From Hydrolagus affinis (taxonomy: Eukaryota): DNA of 63,477 nt. How positions within the stretch are numbered: the first letter of the stretch is position 1; each line of letters opens with the position of its first letter. A model generated the notes under the pieces. That model had not been told where the DNA came from. It did not search any database and saw only the letters and a program-made list of their open reading frames with translations. The DNA lies in assembly GCA_012026655.1 (NCBI GenBank), contig JAAILG010001698.1, positions 1-63,477 on the forward strand. Reading direction: 5' to 3'. The position numbers and the translations under genes were made by a program. Positions 1 to 12,702 of this stretch are shown here, piece by piece.

Positions 1-82
1 CTGTCTCTCCTGCCTCCCTCCCTCCCTGTCTCTCCTGCCTCCCTCCCTCCCTACCTACCTGTCTCTCCTGCCTCCCTCCCTA
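1..82. repeat. Pyrimidine-rich tandem repeat (CTGTCTCTCCTGCCTCCCTCCCTCC-like units)
   Basis: Three directly visible imperfect copies. Probably internal to the DNA element that ends at 183. Confidence 0.8.
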
Positions 83-185
83 CTGCCGGCAATTTCATCG
101 AAAATGCTTCCATTTTTTTTCACCAATCAAAAGTGGGGGGTGCGCCTTATACGCGAGTGCGCCTTACACGCGTGTATTTACGGTA
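83..185. mobile_element. Right end of a Tc1/mariner-superfamily (Tc2/pogo-like) non-autonomous DNA transposon
   Basis: Repeated GTGCGCCTTA(T/C)ACGCG subterminal motif, terminus ...TATTTACGG, then TA (184-185). CCGTA-type ends with a TA TSD are typical of Tc2-like elements. The left end is outside the window. Confidence 0.55.
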
Positions 186-946
186 GTCCCTTGTATAGCG
201 GACCATATATTGTGGAACTAAAGGGCTGTTTGCTCTAAAAGTGGATTTCTTATGGAATATAGAAATTCGGATCATTCACAGGTTTTGAACATTTAAAACT
301 CTTTTTGGGCTCTTTGTTTGTATTATGTACTAAATAGGTATTTGATTTGGAAAAGCCTTTTCATGTTTAGAACCTTATAGTTTACTTCGCAGTGTAGATG
401 GAGCTGATGGTGTTGATAACCAGACTGATAATTCATCCTCTTAAGTGTTAGTTCTATTAAGTTTTTATTTGGTGTGGGGATGGGGTAGGTGGTAGTGGAG
501 TTACAGGCGTTTCTCAGCCTGGAAGAAGAAAGAATTGAAGAGTGCACAGTGTGGTGAGATGTATAAAAGTGGAAGGAAATTCAAACAGAATTCCCAGAAA
601 ATAACTGAATTTGGCAGATTGAATCTGTATAGGATTGAACATGCCGTTGTTCAGGCTATTCTGATGTGTAATTGTTTTTTTTTACAGTTGTATTGGGCCT
701 ACATACCATCACTGTCGACCACATTTTTCTTCTATCAAATATAATTCTCTTCACCTCCTTATCGATTACTAATGATGAGCTCAGATACACATTTTAATTT
801 GTTCTGAAAATTATCTCACAGTCACTGTAATTTTACAAAATCTGGAGTCAAAATTAACTTTCTCTAATTGAAATTAACTTTCTAATACAATAACAACTTA
901 CATTTGTATAGCTTCTTTCACGTTACTAGGATATATCAAGGCTCTG

Positions 947-1250
947 GATAATAATAATAATCCTTGCATTTGATGTAACGCTTTTCACATCCTCTAGACG
1001 TCTCAAAGCGCTTCACAGAATATACTGTAAAGCGAATTGAATGTATATATTGTGGGCAAAACGCAGCAGTGGTGTTCCATAAACAGTCATGGATTGAGAT
1101 GACCAATTTTTTTTATTTGTTTATTTTTGGAGGGATTATTATCAGGCATGTGAAGTAAGGAAACTTGCCCAAGATTTTGTCCCGCCTGGAATTGAACCCA
1201 GATAGATCTCTCACTTGCAAGGCAAGTGCTTTAACCACTGAGCTACAGAA
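947..1250 (-). mobile_element. tRNA-derived SINE (dominant family)
   Basis: Reverse complement reads GTAGCTCAGTGGTTAAAGCAC (A box)...GGGTTCAATTCC (B box)...CAAATGCAAGGATTATTATTAT tail, shared with many copies in the window. Confidence 0.9.
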
Positions 1251-2968
1251 CTTGTCAGGGATTTGGATTGGGTGGGTGAGAGGCTGCCTAGTCTGCTTCC
1301 AGCTTTCCACCTTCCAAGTTGATTAACCATTGATTTCAGAGATGGATTGCCACAATCTGTCTCTGGAACTCTCTTGCGTAGATGCGATGCATGGAATTCT
1401 CAACTTGGTTTGGATACTCTTAAGCAAGGTGATAGGTTTCTGCATGTGTCAGATACTCATCTGACCCCCCAAAAATTGATTGCTTGTTTACGTAAAGTTG
1501 CTGCCTCGAGGCAACTGGACTCTTTCCAGTAGTTTGTTTGGACAAGTGCCCAGATAAGTGAGCTGATTATACAAAACTGTAACTGGCTTCAGTAATTAAA
1601 TCTCACTGTTCAAAACACAGCTGATAAATACATTCCTATCAATCCCTTCCATTGCCCTTTTTCTAGCCCACAGTACAAACACACGGTGAAAAGTTATATC
1701 CTCATAAATTTAGCAGCATTGTTGATGATTATGTTGGTAATCATTGTTGATGCCACATGTGCCCTGACAATGAGAGTGTCATTGAGATTACTCTGGGACG
1801 AACTGATGAATTGAAACCTCAAGCATATGAGCTTGATTAGCAAACTTCAGCTCGTCACCTCTACATCTCCCAAAAACTATGGGAAAGACTTTTCTGCTTC
1901 ACCGACCCCTGTATTTTAAGTAAAAGATAACGGAACTCAAGATATAGTGTTCTCGAACCAGGGTCTTCCTAATGATTAGTTAAGTAAGGCTACAATGTGT
2001 ATGTTAAGAAGGATTCAGCTCACACAATGCAGATTCTTACTCTGTACAAAATGCAACCGCAGTTCATTACCTGCTAATTCCTCTACATTAGATACACAGT
2101 TGAAATTGTTAATTGATCAAGGGATGAAAATGTTTTTTTGTACATTTCCTGCAGAGTTTACCCTAAACCATGATTTGGAAACTGTTGGTTTGTTTTTCTG
2201 TTTCAGCTGATTTCATGGAAATAATCGCATCATCTCTGCGGAATCTACCCCATGCTAAGTTTTAAAATGCTGTGTAAAGCAAACATAAAATCTTTAACAT
2301 GGTGTTAAATTCTGTTTGGTGTTGCAGATAGCATTTTTAACTGCCACTCTAGAAATAGCCATCAGTCCTATCCAGTCAATTAGTTCAAAATGATGGCTTC
2401 TGAACAAGTTGAACGGCCATCTGGTCTATTATGAATTAAAAGTGGAAGTCAAAATCTTATCGACCCTGAGGCTTTAGTCAATAGTCAAGCTCTGGTTAAT
2501 GCCAGGTCATAGTTTGGCCCCCATCTGTTAATGAATCAGATATGCACCTATATAAAGACAGTGGGTGCTCAGCAAGGCTAAGCTGAATAATTAGTGGATC
2601 TATTTGTACAAGTCTTGGCACTTACCGAAAGTTTCGTAAGTCTGTATTAGGATTGCCTCTCATTTTTTTGTAAAAACAAATAGTAATTGAAAATGAGTGT
2701 TTGATGCATTACAGGTGAAACCTGAAGTGTAGCTACCATTTCTTTTGGATTCATGTTGACTGCAGCATTTTTGACTCGGTAACTTGGGGATCTGTCCTTG
2801 ATCCAGAGAGAGTGATTTATAAGGATTCTCTGTTAATGAAGAAATATAAAATTAATTTGAGATTTCTTATTATGCGGATAGTCCTATCTTTGCATTGACT
2901 GCACAGTTGAATATGTCCCTGGTAAAAAGAGCAAATTGTAAATTCGGATGGTAATCGCATATATTAGT

Positions 2969-3254
2969 GGAGTCCTGCAGTTCAGTGGTTAGAGCAGTCG
3001 CCTTACAAGTGAGAGACCTGAGTTCTATTCCAGGCAGGGTGAGACCTTGGGCAAATTTCCTTAATCCACAAGCCTGATGATAATCCCTCAAGGAAAAAAA
3101 AAAAATTGGTCATTTCAATCCACGACTATTTGTGGGATACTGCTGTGTGCAGTTGGCTGCTGTGTTTCGCCCACAAATATACGATCAGTTCACTTTACAG
3201 CATATTTATCCAGAAGATATGAAAACTGCTGTATCAAATGCAAGGATTATTATT
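2969..3254 (+). mobile_element. tRNA-derived SINE (dominant family)
   Basis: GGAGTCCTGCAGTTCAGTGGTTAGAGCA head, GAGTTCTATTCC B box, CCTTGGGCAAATTTCC body, CAAATGCAAGGATTATTATT tail. Confidence 0.9.
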
Positions 3255-3629
3255 CATGTCTGTGTACATATGTGCAAACATGGGGTGTTTCCATTTAAAC
3301 CTTACTAATGTTTCTGGCTCAAGCTTTAACACGATTATTTTTCAAATTTGCCCGAAACCAGTTTCTGCTATTTACAGGAAGGAAATTGTAGAACTCGTAT
3401 GCTCTATAATTTCAAAAACACAATTGCAGTAAATTGAACCATCTGTGAGAAATTTTAATGTGACTCGATGAACATGAATTTAAGGTGACATCATGCAATT
3501 AAGCAGCCAAACTGTTTCTGGAAAGTTATTGCAAGGGTTTAACTTGGAGTGAAATGGTGAAACGGAAATTATAATTTTAGTGCTTTTCCTGCTTTTGGTG
3601 TATCTTGTACACTCATATATGAATTGAGG

Positions 3630-3838
3630 TTTGGGATCTTTTAACACCCACCTTAACTGGCAGATGAGATCTCGGTTTAACGTCTCATCCAAAGCATGGC
3701 ACCTCCGACAATGCAACACACTCCCAATGCTGAATTGGAGTGTTGGCTTAGACTTTGTGAAACCAAATTCTGATGTGAGGCTTGAACCCACTACCTTTTG
3801 ACTCAACAGTAAGGGTGCTACCACTGCACCAGGCTGAC
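3630..3838 (-). mobile_element. Older Deu-domain SINE (SacSINE1/AmnSINE1-like)
   Basis: Reverse complement has a tRNA-like head followed by TGTCGGAGGTGCCATGCTTTGGATGAGACGTTAAACCGAG...AAAGATCCC, the recognisable Deu core. Confidence 0.8.
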
Positions 3839-4332
3839 CAATGAGTATGTGCTGAGTGCCACTATATCGGATTGATATGAAGTCTTCACAGCACATCTGA
3901 TTTCAGTTCTTGCACATTTAATGTTTGTTATTACTAAAGAAGAATTGGTGACAAAATGACTTTTTAAAAAAGGTGTGAAAATTCAGAAGTAGCTTATTTA
4001 TAAGTACCGGTATCACAGCACCGCCACCACATACAAAAAGAAGAGTTTCTTTTGACTTAAATAAATTATCTGATGGATTCTCTTCATCAATTATTTAGAA
4101 ATAGACATTATGCGAGGTGAAGAACTATAGCAGGAGAAAAATTCACATCATGCTGTGAATATTTGGGTGGGCAGTTTTCTTTCTCCTTTCCTCTATCCTT
4201 CAGCGGCGACTCAAACCGACGTTGATCTTATGAGTTGAGGACTTGCAAGGCCAAAGACTCTTCTAGGATTCTGAGAGATAATGCCTCTAAAGATATGTGG
4301 AAGATATTTAAGTATTTTAACCACACACAATA

Positions 4333-5067
4333 CAGTAAAAGCCCATTTATCCAGCACCCGTGGGACCTGGTCAATGCTGGTTAAAGCGCCTGCCAGATAT
4401 TCGGGTGGCCCGTGGCTGAAAACCCACCACAAAAAAATTTAAGTTCTTTTAACACACACCATACACACCAGAATAAATAATAACAGATAATAATAGAATA
4501 TTATATTGGTACTTATTATTAAAATTACTCTCTTGCACTTCTCACTGTTATTGATTGAGGTTTACAGTCCAGCGATTCTTTTTTAAATGGAGGACGCCAA
4601 GCGGGTGAAAAGAACGGCAGCGCGATTTTAAAGTCTCGCAACTGCTAGCGACAAGCCGATAACCCAGACCCTACTAGCAGCAAACCAAAATACTGAACCT
4701 GCGTGACAATGTGGGTTATTGGCTAGCGTTATCGGCTTGCCGCTAGTATGGCTTTAAAATCGCGCTCCGTTTTTTTCACCCGTACAGCATCCTCCATTTT
4801 AAAAAGAATCGCTGGACTATAAACCTCAACCGCAGCATCATGGCTTCAAGTACAGCATCTACTAGCAAAGGTGAGAAGCGCAAGAGAGTAGTTTTAACGA
4901 CAAGTACCAATACAATATTCTGTTATTGTGTTATTATTTATGAATTTACAAATGCTCCATGGCTATTGTTCCAGATAAGTTCCGGTTTATCGAATGGGGA
5001 CTTTTTTTTTTGGCGTGCCTTTTATCAGTGCCAGTTCATCGAGTCACGGATAAACAGGCTTGTACTA
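4333..5067 (+). mobile_element. Tigger/pogo-like MITE, copy 1 (fold-back)
   Basis: TA|CAGTAAAAGCCCATTTATCC ... GGATAAACAGGCTTGTACTA|TA imperfect TIRs, a large internal inverted repeat, and a remnant peptide KGEKRKRVVLT. Inverted homolog of 12703-13443. Confidence 0.85.
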
Positions 5068-5469
5068 TATTAACTGGAATGTTACAAAAGGCAAAATACT
5101 GCAGTTGCTGGAAACCTAAAATAAAAACAGAAGTCTCCAGGAACACTCAGTGGGTTAGGCAGTGTCTATGAAGCGGACAAAGAGAGTTTTGTATATACAA
5201 TATTCTCATTTTTCAAATACTCTTTCCTGCATGACCTGTTTCCTTTTCGATCGTGTCTTCCGCTGCCCTCCCACCTCTCCCTCCCCTCCCCACTACCCTG
5301 CAGATTTTTCTGTTTGTGTCATTATAATTTTGCAGTTGCAAATTTGTCACATTTTTGTTTCGGATTTCTTGATGTTAAAAGATTTTGTCTCAAGGTCAGA
5401 ATTTCAGCCACGCTTTGACAGTTATCAGATCTCAGATCAAGATTATTTTGAATTATGTAGGTTATTACT

Positions 5470-5830
5470 CTGAAGTCTCAAATTGAGAAAGAGATGAGGA
5501 AGATTTTTCCCCACAAGCTAGTGGATGTATGGAAACAACAACAACAACTTAAACTTATAAAGCGCCTTTCACGTCAGGAGGACGTCCCAAGGTCTCCATT
5601 TGACCTAGACAATGAGCATGGATTTGAGACTAACAAACTCAAAACGTGTGAGATTAGCAGAAGTGTTTTCCCTCTCAGCATAGCGCATATGTGGAACGGA
5701 AACCTCGAAAAAAAAGTTGGTGGTTTATTGATTAACTCCTTTCAAAAAGGAAATGGATCAAGGTTTGCTTAAAAACCATACTGTACAACGTAGTGGTTGG
5801 TGCAGAATAAGGTGAATGAATCTTTGTGAA
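5470..5830 (+). mobile_element. Degenerate CR1 LINE 3' fragments interrupted by an L2 tail (about 5535-5595)
   Basis: GAGATTAGCAGAAGTGTTTTCCCTCTCAGCATAGCGCATATGTGGAAC resembles the CR1 ORF2 end (RRNFFSQRVVNLWN-like). ACAACAACAAC...GCGCCTTTCACGTCAGGAGGACGTCCCAAG is the reverse L2 tail. Confidence 0.55.
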
Positions 5831-6697
5831 ACAAGTTATTTCTGTAATCCAGCAGGGGCTGGAAAGAACAGTCATTTTATCGCTGCAGAACACTGGTAAA
5901 TTAATTGCATAGCAGCACTCTACCCATTAGGGCTTTGGCTTTGCACGTTATTACCTGCAGAAGCATGGAAAGAATCCCAAATCCTAGGTTTGCTTGTCTA
6001 AGCCCTGCCAGTGAGCCAGGCTGGCAAGTCTATAATCAACAGTTCCCTACAGCGCTGCACCCTGCCTGATTTAGGTATGGAGCTTGTGAGACAACCACAG
6101 AATCAATTTTGTTCTTGTCTTCCATTTAGCAGGGATGTCAACGGGAGCCAACTTCACCCCTAAAAGAAATATAATTATGGTTTGTTGCATTACAATTGTG
6201 ATCATCCAGTTGGGATTGCCTTTTGAGAGCAGTGTTTAGTGAGATTCTACAGTGTGCGCTGATTTAAGAGCACTTTATTGCTTAAAAAAAGGGCCTGATC
6301 TTGAGTGTTTCAAGGTTAAATAAACTGCTGTCTGCAATAATGTCAAAGGACTGATTGAGGGTCTTCTGGTGTACCAGGCAAGGGATGTCAACATTCGTTC
6401 ACTAATGTTGTCAGTGCGACATTTTAGATTTACAAGTCTCAGAATAAGGCCAGAGAATTTTAAAAAAAATTCTGGCAATCTCAACTTCATATAAAATGTA
6501 CTCTTCAGTCTGTGGTCTCTGGAGATCAATATGCGATTCCAAGAGATTACAGCTGTTTTCCTTAGTCCATCTTATGCACATCCCTGTCCTGTGTAATAGT
6601 ACAGTTGACAGTACATCTCAAAGTTTAATTTTCCACACTGATTAATTTCCAATGAATTTTCAGTTACATTCTAATATTGGAACTTGATGCATGACTC

Positions 6698-6979
6698 AAT
6701 AATAATAATATTTGCATTTGATATAGTACTTTTCATTCCTTCTAGACATCTCAAAGCGCTTCACAGAATATACTGTAAAGTGAATTGACTGTATATTTGT
6801 GGGCGAAACGCAGCAGCCAACTGCGCACAGCAGTGTCCCACAAACAGTTGTGGATTGAAATGACCAATTTATCTTTTTTTTGAGATTATTATCAGGTGTT
6901 TCGTCCTGACCTGCCTGGAAATGAACCCTGGTCTCTCACTTGTAAGGCGAGTTCTCTAACCACTGAGCTACAGGACTCC
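6698..6979 (-). mobile_element. tRNA-derived SINE (dominant family), near full length
   Basis: Full match to the other copies, from the AATAATAAT tail to CTGAGCTACAGGACTCC. Confidence 0.9.
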
Positions 6980-7639
6980 ACAAATGAGCAGTATCATCCT
7001 CATTACGAAAAGATTGTGTGACAAATATTTTGATTTGAAGAGGGAACTGAATATGCCTGGCCATCTTCATAATGTTTAAATCAACCAACAAAATACAATT
7101 GACTTCTGCAGTTTACCCACACAATATACAATCAATTCACTTTATATTATATTCCGTGAAGCATTTTGAGATGTTTCGAAGACGTGATTAGGTGCTATAT
7201 CAAATACATGAATTAGTATTATTATATTTCCTATTAAATGTTGCATGTCAAAACAAAATATTGCTTGAGTGGGTGGCCTGACATGTCTACGTGGTTGACA
7301 CAACAGCACACAAAATCAGCTCTCACCTGTTGAAACTTGTGTAGAACAGGCTGCTTGCAAACTGCTGGCTTTGTTTTATTGTTTGTTTGATGGTTTTAAG
7401 TATGTAAGAAAGATCCAGTCTTTTAGGAAACCATCATACGGGGATTTATTTGGAAAGAAAACATTTATTTAAATTGAGGGGCTCTTTTATACAACTGCAG
7501 TTTGTTGAATACTCTATTATAATAGTAATTTATCTAATATATAATTTATATGATAATTATATCACAATAATATATAATTTATACAATGATAATCATAATT
7601 ATTCATACATTAATATGATAATAATAACATTATTATTAT

Positions 7640-8795
7640 ACTCTGCTTGGCTCAGTTTGGTTTGTAGTACTATTGCCTCTTGAGTCAGAACGTTGTGAGT
7701 TCAAGCCCCCACAACAAGACATTCTTCCCCATATCTGTGCCGTGACTAGCACTGCCTTCCACCACCTCCACAACATTGCCCAACTCCACCACTGAAAGGC
7801 GCAATGCAAGTGTATTTTGTTGTTGTTGTTGTTGTTGCCTCATCCCTCAGGCTGACGAAACCCTCATACGCATATTTGTTACCTGAAGGTTCGACTACGG
7901 AAATTCCCTCCTTGTTGGCCTCCCTAACTCTTTCATCCACAAACTGCAGATCATCTGCAGCTCGTGCCTTCTTCCGCAGCATGCTCCACGACCCCATTAC
8001 CCCCACCTACGCCCCACTCCACTGGCTCCCATCCCTCAGACGATAGAATTCAAGATCCTTTGCCTCATTTTCAAGGACCCCCACGATGTTTCCCCCTCCT
8101 CTCTGACAAGCTGGTCCCCTCTCAATCTGCCCGCTCCCTCCACTCATCAGGCTCTGACCTGCTCTATGTCTCCCACCTAAGCCTCCTACCAGTGGCGGCA
8201 GGGCTTTCTGCCTCTCTGCCCCCACTCTTTGGAACTAACATCCCACAATCCCTTCACCTTGCATCCTTCAATGCCCGACTCAGGACCCTCCTTTTTGTCT
8301 ATGCCTTCAGCCCCGCACCACTTCACTCCCCTTCATCATCCCAACTCCGCTCACCCACCCATGCTTGATCCTGATCCCTGACTATTCATCATCTTGGGAT
8401 ATCCTCCCGACGTGAAAGGCACTCTAGAAATGTAACTTTGTTGTTGTTGTTTGTGCTCACAGTCTAGGCTGACACTGTTGGTGAGGGAGCGCTGCATTGC
8501 AGAAGATGCCATCCTTCGGATGAGATATTAAACCGGGCTACCTTTTTGGGTGAAAGTTCAAGATCCCATGGCACCATTCCAATGAGAAGGAATTTTTTCT
8601 TGGTATTCTGGCCAACAATTCCCCCTGATAACAAGTTGGGCATTCATTTCACGGTTTTTGTGAAACAATTTATGTGCAAGTTCACTGCCATGCCCGCCTA
8701 CAAATAGTCACTTCCCATAACACAACTGCGAGGCACTTTGAGATGTTTTGACATAGGGCGCAATATCACATGGAAGGAAGTTTATTATTATTACT
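7640..8795 (+). mobile_element. Deu-SINE split by two nested L2 LINE 3' fragments (about 7721-8451)
   Basis: tRNA head at 7640-7720 (GCTCAGTTTGG...GAGTCAGAACGTTGTGAGTTCAAGCCCC). The SINE resumes at about 8452 (TCTAGGCTGACAC...TTCGGATGAGATATTAAACCGG...AGATCCCATGGCAC). The insert has two GAAAGGC(G/A)C...(TTG)n tails near 7795-7836 and 8413-8451. Confidence 0.8.
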
Positions 8796-9477
8796 AGTTA
8801 CTTCTCTAAATCTGCGTACAACTCCGGTGTTGAGTGTTCAGTGGAGACTTTGAGACACTAAGTGAAAATATGTATCTTCAGCCACGATAAAGATCCCTCC
8901 CTTGAGCTGCTATGCAGTTCTTTTTCCTTGGCCTCTGATATAAGTTCTTCAATATTCCGGCATTGAGAAAACCTAATGGCACTTAGCATTCTAACCCTTT
9001 ACACATTACAAATGCATTGCTTCAGATACTAGTATACCATCAACTTCAGCCTTGTGAATTCAAGTCTTGTCAGTCTTTGTAGCTTTAGTCTCAGTCAGAC
9101 TAGCACTAGTAGTTGATGAGCTATAGTTAATATTGCATGACGACTGGTGTCCTTACACTTCATCCCAAGTTTCTTACAAATGTGTTGACAGAATCACATT
9201 TGCAGCAAGACCTTGCTTTTTCCCCTTTCTCTCCTCATAATTCTGATACAGAAATACATAACATGTATGCCAAAGTTTCAATCTTGCTGTTTGACCAGAA
9301 CAAAGCCGCTTTGTAGGACTGGCAGCTGGTGTGCTCTATGGGGCACTTAGTATTTCCAAAGGTTGTTGAATATATACAGTACTGCACTCTATTACACTCC
9401 TTTGAGTAAATTAAAAGCTCATTTAATGACTCACTACATGTAGACACTTCCATTTTATTGGCGTAAAATAGAATTGT

Positions 9478-9830
9478 GGTATCCTGTAACTCAGTGGTTA
9501 GAGCATTTGCCTCGGAAATGAGAGACTTGGGTACTATTCCCGGCAGGGTGAAATAAAGTTTCCTTACTCCACACCCCTCTGTTTATCTAGCAGTTAGCAG
9601 GAATCTGGTTGTTAGTCGATTGGCGGATCGCTTTTCCGGCAATAATAATGCTTGAAGCAAAAAAGTAATGATTTGGTCAGGCAATCCACGACTGTTTGTG
9701 GGACAGTGCTGTGCACAATTGGCTGCTGCGTTTCGCCCACAAATATACAGTCAGTTCACTACAGTATATTCTGTGAAGCACTTTGAGAAGGCGTGAGGAG
9801 CACTACATCAAATGCAAGGATTATTATTAG
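9478..9830 (+). mobile_element. tRNA-derived SINE, long subfamily with an extra CORE-like segment
   Basis: Same head and tail as the dominant SINE, plus the insert CCTCTGTTTATCTAGCAGTTAGCAGGAATCTGGTTGTTAGTCGATTGGCGGATCGCTTTTCCGG, which is also seen at about 39620-39680 and 55600-55670. Confidence 0.85.
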
Positions 9831-10695
9831 ATCCAGATAGAAGTTGTCAATCTGCACCAAGTTATAGTTTCTGGTCAAAAATGTCTTCAGCTTCAGCTGG
9901 ATATTAAGTTCCTGATGCTTGGTACAGTACAACCATCATCATCATAATAATAATCTTTGAATTTGACATGGCGCCTTTTACTTTGGGAAGATGTCTCAAA
10001 TGCTCTCAAAGCGCTTCACATCGTGATTTCTGTAGCAAATGGGAATGAAGGGTTCCTTGCATGTTTGACTTGGATTTTCCTCAGAATTGGGTGCCATACA
10101 GTTAAATTTCAGTGATTAATTTATGATGGGGCTTGGTGGATTATGGGGCTATCTGTGCACATGTCCTCATTGGATTCTCGGAGTGCTGGGGCAAGTTGCA
10201 TCAGCCAGTTTCCATCAGGAAAAGTGTATTTTCCGTTTTTGGAATCAAACCATAATTGTTATGGTTTCCTAAGCCACAGTAACTATGGCATCAGCTTCTA
10301 GTATTTTACTGTATTTTGCCTCCCCGGCATTAACTGAGAGTGCTTTTCGAATTAAGTATGCACGCTGCAGTCGCTTTGTTGATGTTGAAATGCTGGGATA
10401 TGACGGTGAGTGGAAAGGTTTGTGCTGGTGCCGAGTACAGGAATTACTGTCAGGTCAGCCTCCCATTGTAGAGCTGGGGAATGGCAGTATTTCAGCTACC
10501 AATCTCTATCCACCTTTATTGCTTACAACACTGCCTTGGTTTAAGCAAAGTCGTTGAATTTAATTCAGAACCTTTCACCTCGTTTTGCTATGAACATGTT
10601 TTTGCAAATTAAACACTGGAGTAGAATAACTGAAAGGATGATGTACAAATAGATTTTTGGGGGGTAAACTTTGATGGTTTTATTTTGTTTTCCAG

Positions 10696-10801
10696 ATGAT
10701 GTGCTGAGTAAGGATGCTGGAGAATGTGTAATCTGTTTGGAGGAGCTTCTGCAAGGAGACACAATAGCTCGGCTTCCTTGTCTGTGTATTTACCATAAAA
10801 G
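10696..10801 (+). CDS. ZNRF1: E3 ubiquitin ligase ZNRF1, RING-H2 exon (DDVLSKDAGECVICLEELLQGDTIARLPCLCIYHKS)
   Basis: TTTTCCAG acceptor, AG|GTACG donor, 106 bp, phase 1 to 2. ECVIC, LEELLQ and HKS match ZNRF1 rather than ZNRF2. LDHD is adjacent, as in human. Upstream exons were not found in the window. Confidence 0.95.
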
Positions 10802-11784
10802 GTACGAGATCTGAGTAAAATTGAAGTAAATGTTATTGAACAAAGATTTAGGTGCAGTTTTTCGAATGTGGATATTGTGAGTTTTTTTGTCAGCTGGTTG
10901 TCTGACACACGTGCAAACCCATCTTAAATTTACAAGTATCCAAACCAGAGAGTTCCACATATGCATGGAAATTTCCTTTTGTCTTGGATCAAGTTTGTAC
11001 ATTCCTAGAAAAGTATGCCGCAGATTGACAAGACGGACTCCAGCACTGACACTGTTATGTTATTTAATCCGAAATACAATGTAAATTCACTCAGTCCCTC
11101 AATTGCAACTTCACAACTCAACCTCTTTCAAATCTGGCTAGTCACTCTTCCCAGAATCTTTTTATCCTTGCATCCTCCATATTCAATTGCCACTTAGGTC
11201 CTTAAAGCAATGTGCAGCAGTGCGCTCTGGGGTGCTACCTGAGTTTAACCAGCTGAAACTGCAGCTTTCCAAATGCTTTGCAAAGGCTGTCTTGCAAGCT
11301 TTCCAATGCTTGTCCAGCAAGCATCACCATACCCATTACGGCTTTGTGCGTGTGGTTAACAGAGGCCGAGTAGAAATAATCCCTGCTCTCTGCAAATGAG
11401 AGATGAAGGATTTTAATTACCCAGACTGGCATTGTGAAGGAAATAGTTCAGAACAATTATTTGTAGCAATATTGTTGTGCTGCACCTTTTGGCTATAATT
11501 CAATCTAATCTCAGAATGGGGAGTGAGGTGAAGAATTCAGTGGTAGTGCTTTGAGAGCTGGTTCAAATGATTCATCACCGGCACTAAAAGTAGAAATCTG
11601 TTTGCAGCTGATTACATTAGTGAAGCTGATGTGTCTCTATCCTGCAACACAAATCATTCAATTATGAACTCATGAAGTTTTATTAATGTGTTTAGAAAAC
11701 ATGCTGATGTATACAGAACAGAGTCTGTAACCTGTAACAATTGGTTGTTGCGTTTCGGCCACAAAAATGCACAGTCAATTCAGT

Positions 11785-12025
11785 TTGTGATGAGCGAGCC
11801 TTCAGCCCCTCTGTCCCCACCTTCTGGAACGCCATCCTGCAGGTTTGCCCCCTCCCTTGCCTCCTTCAAGACCTGTCTCAAGACCCTCCTTTTGACCATG
11901 CCTTCAGTAATCCTTCCCCCTGCCCTCCACCCTCACTGATTCGATCCCCAGCTCCAATCCAAATCACTGATTTTCCGGTGCCTTGGGATGTCCTCCTGAC
12001 ATGAAAGGCACTAATCAAATGTATA
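11785..12025 (+). mobile_element. L2 LINE 3' fragment
   Basis: GAGCCTTCAGCC...CTTCTGGAACGCCATCC...CCTTCAAGACCTGTCTCAAGACCCTCCTTTT (RAFS...LWN...FKT.LKT.LF-like L2 ORF2 end) followed by a GGGATGTCCTCCTGACATGAAAGGCAC tail. Confidence 0.75.
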
Positions 12026-12109
12026 AACATTATTCTTTAAGATTAACAAATTATTTCTTCAGGTAGGGGAAGGACTCAATATGGAAGATATTTGTCTAGT
12101 GTCATTGAA

Positions 12110-12308
12110 AAAAATATATATATGTGTGTGGGTGAAATGCAGCAGCAGCCAATTGCACACAGCAGTCCCACAAACAGTTGTGGATTGAAATGACCCATTT
12201 TGGGGGGGATGGATTGTTATCAGGCATGTGGTGTATGGAAACTTGCCCATGGTTTTTCCCTAACCTGGAATCGAACCCAGGTCTCCCACTTGTAAGGCGA
12301 GTGCTCTA
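12110..12308 (-). mobile_element. tRNA-derived SINE, partial
   Basis: Body and B-box region match the dominant family. Confidence 0.8.
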
Positions 12309-12702
12309 TGCTTCTATGAAATCTTCTGTCATTTTGGAAGAAGGAGTGGTCCTAATGTGGCCAACATGAGTACTGCCCCTCAAGATCTTGGAATTAATTC
12401 ATTGTCTTTCTGCTATACTTCCTCTAACAACTGAATATCGTATTCAAAGTACGATTTGAAAACTATTCAATATTACTGATTGAGCCAAACTGACATCCTT
12501 GTAAATCATTGCAGTACTTCTCTACTTTCATAATATAAATATAAAATCGATATAACCACAGACAGGAGAGCATGAATCTATGACTGCTGAAAATCTGAAA
12601 TAAAACCAGAAGTCCAGGAAATATACACAAAATCAATGTCTAAAAGGGGACATCAAGTTACCGATCTGAATATGGCACTTCATCACCAAAATATAACAAA
12701 TA

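Noticed and set aside
2969-3040. tRNA-like sequences (Val/Ala-like anticodon loops) here and at many other positions
   Set aside because: They are SINE heads. Each continues into the same SINE body and tail, and they lack a proper acceptor stem.
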